This document shows, piece by piece, positions 1 through 7,726 of a stretch of DNA of 64,000 nucleotides. The translations under genes and the position numbers were made by a program. Source of the DNA: an uncultured Sphingomonadaceae bacterium (GTDB lineage: Bacteria > Pseudomonadota > Alphaproteobacteria > Sphingomonadales > Sphingomonadaceae). The notes under the pieces are model-generated. The model saw only the letters and a program-made list of their open reading frames with translations, was not told the DNA's origin and made no database searches. Within the stretch, counting starts at the first letter, position 1. Every line of letters begins with the position of its first letter. The DNA is taken from assembly GCA_937995515.1 (NCBI GenBank), contig CALKJZ010000007.1, positions 12,004-76,003 of the forward strand. Reading direction: 5' to 3'.

Positions 1-27
1 GCCCGTGGACGGAGACAGAGCTGCCGC

Positions 28-2358
28 TCATGCGAGAAGCTCGGCTGCCGCGTCGAGCACCGCCCCGGCATCGAGCCGGTAGTTGCGGGTCAGGTCGGGG
101 ATGTCGCCGCACTGGCCGAAGCGGTCGACGCCGAGCGGCACCACCCGGTGGCCGCGCACGGCGCCGAGCCACGAGAGGGTTGCCGGCGCGCCATCGACGA
201 GGGTGACGAGGCCCGCGCCCGGTGCAAGCCCGGCAAGCAGCCGGTCGACATGCGCGGGCACTGGCGCGGCTGCCGTCCAGCGGGCGGCGCGCGCGGCCAC
301 CCAGCCGCGGTGCAGGAGGCCGGGCGAGGTGACCTGCAGCAGCCCGACCCCGGGGATCTCCTCTGCCAGCAGGGCATGCGCCTCCAGCGCCTCGGGCATC
401 AGCGCGCCCATTGCCGCAATGGCAAGCGGCGCATCGGGCCGTGGCGCCACAAGCCAGCCACCACCGGCCAGTGCATCGGCCTTCCACTGCGTGCCATGCC
501 TGACCGGCTGGGCGATGCTGCGCGTGGAAAGCCTGAGGTAGACGCTTTCGCCATCCGGCGCCTGCAGCAGCCGAAAGGCCTCCTCGAGGAACAGCGCCAC
601 CTCGTCGGCATAGGCCGGCTCCCACCCGCGCAGGCCCGGCTGGCCCATGGCGATGAGCGGCGGGCTGATCGACTGGTGCGCGCCGCCTTCCGGCCCGAGC
701 AGCAGCCCGGACGGGGTGGCGACAAGGATGAAGCGCGCATCCTGGTAGCAGGCATAGGTCAGCGCATCGAGCCCGCGGGCGATGAACGGGTCGTAGACCG
801 TGCCGATGGGAAACAGGCGCTCGCCAAACAGCGGCGCGGCCAGGCCTGCGGCGGCAAGCATCAGGAACAGGTTGTTCTCGGCGATCCCCAGCTCGACATG
901 CTGGCCGGCCGGGGCGCCGCCCCATTTCTGCGCCGAGGGGATCCCGGCCAGCCGGAAGACGTCGGGCGTCTCCGTGCGCCGGAACAGCCCGCGCTGGTTC
1001 ACGAAGGCGCCAAGACTGGTGGAGACCGTGACATCGGGCGACGTCGTGAGGATGCGCGCGGCGAGCTCGCTCTCGCCCTTGGCGAGCTCGTGGAGGATCC
1101 GCCCGAAGGCGGCCTGGGTGGACTGCTCGGCGCCTGCGGGGGCTGGCACGGCGGGAACGGGGATCGGGCGCGCCGCGCGGTCGCCGCCCTTGCGCGCCAC
1201 GGGGGCTGCCTTCACGAAAGCCTCGAGCGCCTCTGCGACATTCGCCGCAAGCCCTGCCCATTTTTCCCATTCCCGGCCTTCCGGGATCCCAAGGCGCGCG
1301 CGCAGCTCGTGCATCTGCGCAGGTGTCATCAGCCCGGCGTGATTGTCCTTGTGGCCCTGGAAGGGCAGGCCGAAGCCCTTCACCGTATAGGCGATGATGA
1401 GCGTGTTGCGCGTGTCGGCAGCGGCGTCAAAGGCGGCGCACAGCGTCTCGACACAATGGCCGCCGAGGTTGGTCATCAGCCGGGCGAGCGCCTCATCGTC
1501 GTGCCCGGCCACGAGCGCGAGCGCCCTTGCATCATGAGCGAGATCGCGCGCAAGCCGCGCGCGCCATGCCGCCCCGCCCTGGTAGCTGAGCGCCGCAAAG
1601 TCGGCGTTGGGGCAGGAATCGATCCAGTCTCGCAGCGCCTGCCCGCCCGGGCGCGCGAAGGCCTCGCGCTGGCGGCGGCCGTGCTTCAGGGTCATCACGC
1701 GCCAGCCACAGGTCTCGAAGATGTCGTCGAAGCGGGAGAACATGCGGTCTGTGGTGGTCGCATCGAGCGACTGGCGGTTGTAGTCCACGATCCACCAGCA
1801 GTTGCGGATCTCGTGCTTGGCCGCCTCGATCAGGCATTCATAGATGTTGCCCTCGTCGAGCTCGGCATCGCCGAGGAGCGCGATCATCCGGCCGGCGCCT
1901 TCCGGCGCGCGCGCGCCATGGGCGATCAGCCAGTCCTGCACGAGGCTTGCAAAGGCGGTCACGGCAACTCCGAGACCCACCGAGCCGGTCGAGAAATCGA
2001 CCGGGATCCGGTCCTTGGTGCGGCTGGGGTAGCTCTGCGCGCCGCCGAGCGACCGGAAGCGTTCGAGCTGGTCCCGGGTCTGCTGGCCGAGCAGATAGTG
2101 GATGGCGTGCAGCACGGGTGCCGCGTGCGGCTTCACCGCCACCCGGTCATGCGGCCGGAGCGCGTGGAAATAGAGCGCGGCCATGATGGCCGTGATCGAG
2201 GCGCAGCTGGCCTGGTGGCCGCCCACCTTCAGCCCGTCGCGGCTGGGGCGCAGGTGGTTGGCGTGGTGGATGGTCCAGGCGGAAAGCCAGCGCAGCCGCG
2301 TGTCGATCAGCTCGAGGAGGGCCGTGCGGTCGAGCACGTCCGACGGTGCGGTGGTCAT
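28..2358 (-). CDS. TPP-dependent 2-oxoacid dehydrogenase E1-like / transketolase-family enzyme (AceE-like), about 776 aa
   Basis: Lies in ORF 28..2523(-). I place the start at ATG 2358 (MTTAPSDVLDR...), which overlaps the upstream stop as ATGA. AceE/transketolase-type signatures: GGHQASCAS, LGDAELDEGN (TPP/Mg motif), WIVDYNRQSLD, KGFGLPFQGHKDNHAG and C-terminal DRFGQCGD. No E2 or E3 gene is present in the window. Confidence 0.8.
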   Translation of the reverse strand: MTTAPSDVLDRTALLELIDTRLRWLSAWTIHHANHLRPSRDGLKVGGHQASCASITAIMAALYFHALRPHDRVAVKPHAAPVLHAIHYLLGQQTRDQLERFRSLGGAQSYPSRTKDRIPVDFSTGSVGLGVAVTAFASLVQDWLIAHGARAPEGAGRMIALLGDAELDEGNIYECLIEAAKHEIRNCWWIVDYNRQSLDATTTDRMFSRFDDIFETCGWRVMTLKHGRRQREAFARPGGQALRDWIDSCPNADFAALSYQGGAAWRARLARDLAHDARALALVAGHDDEALARLMTNLGGHCVETLCAAFDAAADTRNTLIIAYTVKGFGLPFQGHKDNHAGLMTPAQMHELRARLGIPEGREWEKWAGLAANVAEALEAFVKAAPVARKGGDRAARPIPVPAVPAPAGAEQSTQAAFGRILHELAKGESELAARILTTSPDVTVSTSLGAFVNQRGLFRRTETPDVFRLAGIPSAQKWGGAPAGQHVELGIAENNLFLMLAAAGLAAPLFGERLFPIGTVYDPFIARGLDALTYACYQDARFILVATPSGLLLGPEGGAHQSISPPLIAMGQPGLRGWEPAYADEVALFLEEAFRLLQAPDGESVYLRLSTRSIAQPVRHGTQWKADALAGGGWLVAPRPDAPLAIAAMGALMPEALEAHALLAEEIPGVGLLQVTSPGLLHRGWVAARAARWTAAAPVPAHVDRLLAGLAPGAGLVTLVDGAPATLSWLGAVRGHRVVPLGVDRFGQCGDIPDLTRNYRLDAGAVLDAAAELLA

Positions 2359-4154
2359 CGCATGGCCACCTGCACGCCTCGTGCCCGCGTCGCAAGTGCC
2401 GCCTTCTGGAGTGCCTCGAAGGTGGGTGCGCGCGCATCCGGGTGAAACCAGTGGCAGGTGGCGCAGGCGCCGGAGGCCTCTGCCTCCGGGTGGGCCGCGG
2501 CCCAGCGCGCATTGCCATGGCATTGCCGGCAGGTGCCGATCGGTGGCAGCAGCAGGTCCCCGGAGGTCGTGCTCGAAGGCGCCTTGTGGCAGCTGGAGCA
2601 GCGCATCTCCTCGTGGCGGCCGTGCGGGAACTGGCTTCTCGCATAGAAACGGCCTGCGAGGTGCACGGGGGCGATTGCGAAATCGAGCCGGCCCGGCGCG
2701 CTTTCGGCGCGGATCTCGTGGCAGTCGTGGCAGGCGCCGCCGGGGAGGAAGGGCGCCCGCGCCCGCGCAAGCGCCTCCGCGACCGCCCCGGAGCCCGCAG
2801 TGCCGGCGCCCGGAACCGTGCGCGGTGCGCCGGCCACGGCCGGGCGGGGCGCGGCAGGCGGCCGGAGCGCGATCAGCAGCGCCACCACTTTTTCTGGCTC
2901 GGCGTGCGGCAGGTCGAGGACCTGCTCCCCTGCGCCGGCCACGGCGAGGCTGTGGCAGGCGCCGCAGTCGCGCTCCATCTCGATCGGCCGGAAGCCGATC
3001 TCTGCCGCGTCCGCGCGGTGGCAGTCGGCGCAGCCGAGCGGCCGGCCATAGGCGGAGAGCCGCCCGGCCATCCGGGCAACGGCGTTGCGGCGCGACAGAT
3101 GCTGCGCGTGGCTGAAGACGAGGCCGTTGCGGTCCACAGGGCCTGCATCGAGCGCCACGCGCAGAAGGCGCGGACCGGCGTCGTCGAACCCGGCCACGAC
3201 GTGCGGGCGGAACTGCGGGTGGTCGCGCTGCCAGTCGCTGGCGTTGACGAGATCGGTATCGGGCAGCTTCGAGTCGAGCGCGGCGTGGCAGCCGGCGCAG
3301 TCGCTGGTGGCCGGGTTGTTGCGGAGCGCTGCCCCCTCATGTTCGGTATGGCAGGCGGTGCAGCGACCCGGCGGAAGACCGGCCATGGCGCGCGCGGCCG
3401 CGATCATGGGCGGGGGCGCCGCCATGCTGGCGAGAAGGCGCGCGGGCTCGGCATGGTCGTGGGCTGCGGCGTGGCAGCTGCGGCAGGTCGCGTCCGTCAC
3501 GCTGGTGAACGCCTGCTGGTGGCAGGCCTTGCAGTCTGTCACCAGCGGCCCGTGGACGGAGCTGAGCGGCCCGGAGTTCCACGCCCGGTCCGGGCCGAGG
3601 CCGGCCTCCTGATAGTGCGCCTCGGCTTCGAGGGCCCGCGCGGTCTCCGCGACAGGGGGCAGCGGCCGGGCGAGGAAGCCTGCAACCGGCAACGCAAGAA
3701 AGCCAAGGAGGATGGCGAGCGCCAGCGCCCACGAGGCGGCGCGGCGGCCTTTGACAGGCGGGGTGACCTTCTCGGGCGCCTCCTCCTCGGCATGGGCGCG
3801 CTCGAGGGTGAGACGGATTGTGCCCTGCGTCTCCGGATCCGGCGCAAGGCCGAGCCGAAAGCTGCCGAGCGCAAGCGTGCAGGCCCGGCCGGCCTCGAGC
3901 ACCACGCCCTGCGGCCCGAGCGGGCGCCCGTCGAAGAGCGTTGCCGCCCCGGCCGCGGGCGCGATCCGCACCTCGCCGGGCCCGGCAGCCGACAGGGTGA
4001 GGTGCAGCAGTGCGACGGCAAGATCGGGCACCTCAACATCGCAGTCCGTGCCGCGCCCCACCCGCACGGGGCCGGGCCCAAGATCGCGCTCGCGCACGAT
4101 CGCGCCACCGGAGACGCGCTGGCTGATCTGGCGCAGGCGGAACAGCGGGCTCAC
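2355..4154 (-). CDS. FHA domain / single TM helix / decaheme c-type cytochrome fusion protein (599 aa)
   Basis: Lies in ORF 2355..5039(-). The 5' part of that ORF overlaps the preceding gene out of frame, so I start at GTG 4154 (VSPLFRLRQ...), which forms a GTGA overlap with the upstream stop. It has an N-terminal FHA-like module (VRVGRGTDCDVEVPDLAVALLHLTL...LFDGRPL) and one TM helix (SWALALAILLGFLALPVAGFLA, about 3668-3740). Ten CxxCH motifs follow: CKACH, CRSCH, CTACH, CAGCH, CADCH, CGACH, CHDCH, CSSCH, CRQCH, CATCH. Confidence 0.8.
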   Translation of the reverse strand: MSPLFRLRQISQRVSGGAIVRERDLGPGPVRVGRGTDCDVEVPDLAVALLHLTLSAAGPGEVRIAPAAGAATLFDGRPLGPQGVVLEAGRACTLALGSFRLGLAPDPETQGTIRLTLERAHAEEEAPEKVTPPVKGRRAASWALALAILLGFLALPVAGFLARPLPPVAETARALEAEAHYQEAGLGPDRAWNSGPLSSVHGPLVTDCKACHQQAFTSVTDATCRSCHAAAHDHAEPARLLASMAAPPPMIAAARAMAGLPPGRCTACHTEHEGAALRNNPATSDCAGCHAALDSKLPDTDLVNASDWQRDHPQFRPHVVAGFDDAGPRLLRVALDAGPVDRNGLVFSHAQHLSRRNAVARMAGRLSAYGRPLGCADCHRADAAEIGFRPIEMERDCGACHSLAVAGAGEQVLDLPHAEPEKVVALLIALRPPAAPRPAVAGAPRTVPGAGTAGSGAVAEALARARAPFLPGGACHDCHEIRAESAPGRLDFAIAPVHLAGRFYARSQFPHGRHEEMRCSSCHKAPSSTTSGDLLLPPIGTCRQCHGNARWAAAHPEAEASGACATCHWFHPDARAPTFEALQKAALATRARGVQVAMR

Positions 4155-5017
4155 CAGTAGAAGAACACCGAGACGACATGGGCAAGGAGCGCCGCGAGCA
4201 GCCCGACGGTGGCCGGCACATGGACGAGCAGCCACAGCTGCAGCGTTGACTTCAGCTGCACATGCCGCCGCATCTGCGCGAGCAGGGCCGCGCGCGCCCC
4301 GAGCAGCGCGGCCACCGTCTCGAGTGCCGGGTCGGTCGCATCGAGACGGGCGCGCGCCGCGGCCGTGGCGCAGCGCCGCACGCGGCCGGAAAGCCGCTGC
4401 TCCAGCGTGGGGCCCACAGCGGGGCCGCGGATGGCTGCCTCCACCAGCGCCGCGCTCCGGTCGTCGAGCAGGCGCGCGGCCTCCTTGAGCGCGCGGTCGT
4501 TCTCGGCAAGCGTTGCCGCCATTGCCCGCTCGCTGGTTTCGGCCCGGTTGGCGGAGAGCCGGCGCGGCAGCCGGGCATAGAGCCAGACACCGAGAAGGCC
4601 GGAGAGGATCACCAGCAGCATGAGCCCATAGGCCAGGGTGTGGACATTCCAGCCGAACTGGAAGCCCGTGTGCAGGGTTGCGATCACGCCGAGTGCAAGG
4701 CCCAGCCACACATGCGCGGAAACCCAGGCCTTCAGCGACCATTGGCCATCGGTGTAGCGGCGCTTGCGCAAGCCGAGCAGCGACAGCCAGAGGATGAGGA
4801 GTGCGCCCGCCGTGCCCAGCGCATAGCCGAGCGCCGTGCCGCCGTTGGGCCGCGGCCACGGGTCGTCGAGCGCGTAGAGGAGGACGGCGGCCGCAGTGGC
4901 GAGCAGCGCCACCCACGCCCAGAAGAACCGGCGGTGCCCGAGGAAGCCTTCGTGCCGGGCGGTGCGCCGGCCTTCGGCAGGGGCGCGCATCGCGCCGGCA
5001 GGGATCGGCGCGTTCAC
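4151..5017 (-). CDS. Integral membrane protein with 5 predicted TM helices carrying several intramembrane His (possible heme-b carrier); family not recognised
   Basis: This is the 3' part of ORF 4151..5896(-). The start is GTG 5017 (GTGA overlap with the upstream stop) or ATG 4990. Hydrophobic helices: FFWAWVALLATAAAVLLYAL, ALGYALGTAGALLILWLSLLGL, AWVSAHVWLGLALGVIATLH, VHTLAYGLMLLVILSGLLGVWLYA and LWLLVHVPATVGLLAALLAHVVSVFFYW. An Ala/Arg-rich helical loop of about 100 aa lies between TM4 and TM5. Confidence 0.65.
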   Translation of the reverse strand: MNAPIPAGAMRAPAEGRRTARHEGFLGHRRFFWAWVALLATAAAVLLYALDDPWPRPNGGTALGYALGTAGALLILWLSLLGLRKRRYTDGQWSLKAWVSAHVWLGLALGVIATLHTGFQFGWNVHTLAYGLMLLVILSGLLGVWLYARLPRRLSANRAETSERAMAATLAENDRALKEAARLLDDRSAALVEAAIRGPAVGPTLEQRLSGRVRRCATAAARARLDATDPALETVAALLGARAALLAQMRRHVQLKSTLQLWLLVHVPATVGLLAALLAHVVSVFFYW

Positions 5018-7476
5018 GCGCCGCCCCGCGCAAGCGCAAGGAAGGCCTCGGGCGAAACCCGCAGTGCCGCGCCCGTGGGGCAGGCGCGCACGCAGGCCGG
5101 GCCGCCGGCCTTGCCCGCGCACATGTCGCACTTCACCGCCTTCTTGGCCGGCTCGGCCTCGCCCCTTGCCTTGCGCTCGGCCTTCACCCAGGCCTTCGGC
5201 GGCTCGCCCGGCCCCGGGCCACGGCCGAGAAGCATCCAGGACAGAAGCCCCGGCTTGGGTGGCGGCGGCGCATCCATGCGGATGACGCCATAGGGGCAGT
5301 AGCGCACGCAATTGCCGCAGCCGATGCAGCTCTCGTTGATCGAGACCTCGCCGTCGGCCCCGCGCTGGATGGCGTTGGGCGGGCAGTCGGTCATGCAGTG
5401 CGGGTGCTCGCAATGGCGGCAGGAGGTCGGCACGTGCAGATAGGCAAAGGTGCGCCCGGCCTCCCGGTCGAGCCGCGAGAGGCCGTCGTGGCTGTCGGCG
5501 CAGGCCTTCTCGCAATTGTCGCAGCCCACGCACAGCCGCTCGTCGATCAGCAGCATGTCGGTTGCTTCGCCGATCCCGTTTTCCATGAGGAAGGCCGCGG
5601 TCTCGCTGTAGAGATCGATTGCGCTTCCGAAGCGGTGCTTTTCCTGTTCGATGAAGGCGGTCAGCGACCGGCGCGCAGCCATGTCTGCAAGCATGCGCGC
5701 GCGCAGCTCCGGCCGGGTCTCGAACAGGGCGCGAAACTCCCGGCCTTCCAGCCGCAGCAGCTCCGAACGGATGGCCGCGCGCACCGTCGCCGTGCGCCTG
5801 CTGCCATCGATGACGGCCATTTCCCCGAAATAGGATCCGGCCGGCAGATAGTTGAGGAACACCTGCCGGCCGCCCAACTCCTTTTCCACCACGCACGAGC
5901 CGCGGCGGATCACGACCAGGCTGTCATCGGTATCGCCCTCGGCGATGATGCGCTCGCCGGCGCGCACCGTCTGCTGCTCGGCGCTGGCGAGGATCGGCGC
6001 GAGATCCTCCGCGCTGAGCCCCGACTGGAAGATCTGCAAGAGCAGCCGGGTGGTGGTGATCCGGTCCACTTCGGCGCGCGCTTGCGGCACGGTGCCGATG
6101 AGCCGCAGCGCGGCGTTGCGCGGCAGCTCCACCAGCGTTGCAGGCCCGTGCGCGCGCACCGTCGCCCCCCGCCTCCGGCCCGAGATGAGGCCCACCTCGC
6201 CCACGATCGAGCCGGTCTCGATGATCGCGGTGCGCCGCGGCGGGCCGGCGGCGATCTCCACCTCCACCTCGCCCTCGGCAATGGCGAACAGCGAGGCGCC
6301 GACATCGTTCTTCACAAACACCGTCTCGCCCGGGGCAAACTGCCGTACCCGGGCATCGAGCAGCAGTTCGCGCATCTGGAGCGGAGAGACATGGCGGAAG
6401 ATCGACACCTCGCGCCGGAACAGCGCAATCCATTCGGCCACGCTGCGCGCCGGGCTGAGGCCGCCGAGGCGCTGCTCGAGGATCGGCTCGTCGGCCGGCT
6501 TCAGCTCCGTGTTGCCGGCGATGAACTCGATGACGTCGTGGCCCTGGTTGAGACAGTGCTTGATGAGCGGATAGCCGGCCAGCGCGCCGATGATGTAGAG
6601 GCCGGGCACGCTTGTCTCGTAGGTGGGGGACAGCGTCGGAAACGCCTCGCGCGCTGCGGAGGCGAAGGCAACGCCCGCCTGTTCCACGAAGGCGCGCGGC
6701 GGCGCCGAGCCGAGCCGCGCGATCACCCGGTCGCAGCGCAGCCGTGCCTCGCCGTCGCGCGTGTCCACCACCATGTGACCGGGCTCCAGCCGGTTGGGCG
6801 AGGTTTCGGTCAAAACCGTCAGCCGGCCGGCATCTCGCGCTGCGAAAAGCGCCTTTACATTGGCATCCTTGGCCCTGGCGAAATCGGCCGAGCGGTTGAG
6901 GATGGTGACGTGGTTGCCCTGCACCGGATCGGCCGCCAGCCCCAGCGCATTCTCGATCCCGGCGTCGCCCGAGCCCACCACGATGATATGGGAGTCCACA
7001 TATTCGCCGGGATCGTCGAGCGTGTACTGGACAATGGGCATTCCCGGCTCGCCCACCCCTCTTGCGCGCAGAAGGTTGGGGTTGCCCTGGGTGCCGATTG
7101 CCAGCACCACATGCGCTGCGAGGATCGTCTCGCCGCCGGCGAGACCGAGGACGAAGGCACCCCGGCTGCCCGAGATCGATGTCACCTCGGCCTCGAGCCT
7201 TATGGCGATGCCCACCTCGGCGGCGTCGCGGTTCCAGCGGTCGAGCACGGCCTCGCGCGCGCCTGGCTCGAAGCCCACATCCGCACGCAGCAGCAGCTGC
7301 GCGGGCGTTGCCATCACATGCTTGCCCTTCTGGTAGCGATAGACGGTATCGCTCAGATGGTCGGTCTTCTCGAGCAGGAGGTGGCGCATGCCCCGCCGGG
7401 CGGCGCGCGCGGCCGCCGCAAGCCCCGCGGGCCCGGAGCCGATGATGGCCACATCAAGCCGTTCGTCCACCGCCAC
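5014..7476 (-). CDS. Fusion protein: FAD/NAD(P)-dependent pyridine-nucleotide-disulfide-type oxidoreductase + two cyclic-nucleotide-binding domains + DmsB/NrfC-type poly-[4Fe-4S] ferredoxin (820 aa)
   Basis: ORF as given, with a GTG start at 7476 preceded by GGAGAGG. It has two dinucleotide-binding folds (VAIIGSGPAGLAAA, IIVVGSGDAGIENA) and two cNMP modules (IVGEVGLISGRRRGATVRA, YFGEMAVIDGSRRTATVRA). It also has four Cys clusters: CVGCDNCEKAC, CRHCEHPHCMTDCP, CIGCGNCVRYCP and CDMC...CVRACP. Confidence 0.85.
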   Translation of the reverse strand: MAVDERLDVAIIGSGPAGLAAAARAARRGMRHLLLEKTDHLSDTVYRYQKGKHVMATPAQLLLRADVGFEPGAREAVLDRWNRDAAEVGIAIRLEAEVTSISGSRGAFVLGLAGGETILAAHVVLAIGTQGNPNLLRARGVGEPGMPIVQYTLDDPGEYVDSHIIVVGSGDAGIENALGLAADPVQGNHVTILNRSADFARAKDANVKALFAARDAGRLTVLTETSPNRLEPGHMVVDTRDGEARLRCDRVIARLGSAPPRAFVEQAGVAFASAAREAFPTLSPTYETSVPGLYIIGALAGYPLIKHCLNQGHDVIEFIAGNTELKPADEPILEQRLGGLSPARSVAEWIALFRREVSIFRHVSPLQMRELLLDARVRQFAPGETVFVKNDVGASLFAIAEGEVEVEIAAGPPRRTAIIETGSIVGEVGLISGRRRGATVRAHGPATLVELPRNAALRLIGTVPQARAEVDRITTTRLLLQIFQSGLSAEDLAPILASAEQQTVRAGERIIAEGDTDDSLVVIRRGSCVVEKELGGRQVFLNYLPAGSYFGEMAVIDGSRRTATVRAAIRSELLRLEGREFRALFETRPELRARMLADMAARRSLTAFIEQEKHRFGSAIDLYSETAAFLMENGIGEATDMLLIDERLCVGCDNCEKACADSHDGLSRLDREAGRTFAYLHVPTSCRHCEHPHCMTDCPPNAIQRGADGEVSINESCIGCGNCVRYCPYGVIRMDAPPPPKPGLLSWMLLGRGPGPGEPPKAWVKAERKARGEAEPAKKAVKCDMCAGKAGGPACVRACPTGAALRVSPEAFLALARGGA

Positions 7477-7570
7477 CTCTCCGCCGCCTCGCGGGCCCAG
7501 GGTCTGGCTCAGGGTCTAGCACAGCCATGCGGCAAGGCCAGCGCCCTTGCGCCTCTTGCCGCGGCAGGCC

Positions 7571-7640
7571 CCGGCGCGGCATGCCGGCGGCCGATGAAAA
7601 CGGCGGGCTCCGGCGCGGCAAGCCGGCGGCTGATGCAACC
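7571..7640. repeat. Two copies of a 31-bp direct repeat (27/31 identical, 39-bp period) in the divergent intergenic region
   Basis: Copy 1 is ccggcgcggcatgccggcggccgatgaaaac (7571-7601). Copy 2 is ccggcgcggcaagccggcggctgatgcaacc (7610-7640). They lie between the start of the 5014-7476 gene and ccmF. Confidence 0.6.
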
Positions 7641-7726
7641 GTCGGGCTGCGGCAACACTCGCCTTTACGGACCGCGCGCGATGCTCCTAAGGGTGGCGGA
7701 GGCGGGCGGCTGGAAGAGAGGGACTG

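Noticed and set aside
148-2445. A 765-aa plus-strand ORF antisense to the E1-like gene. Similar cases are 2346-4160(+) and 4801-8421(+), the latter 1206 aa and spanning two operons.
   Set aside because: The translations are Arg/Ala/Gly/Pro-rich with no recognisable motifs. They lie opposite ORFs that have clear family signatures. Long open antisense frames are expected at this G+C content.
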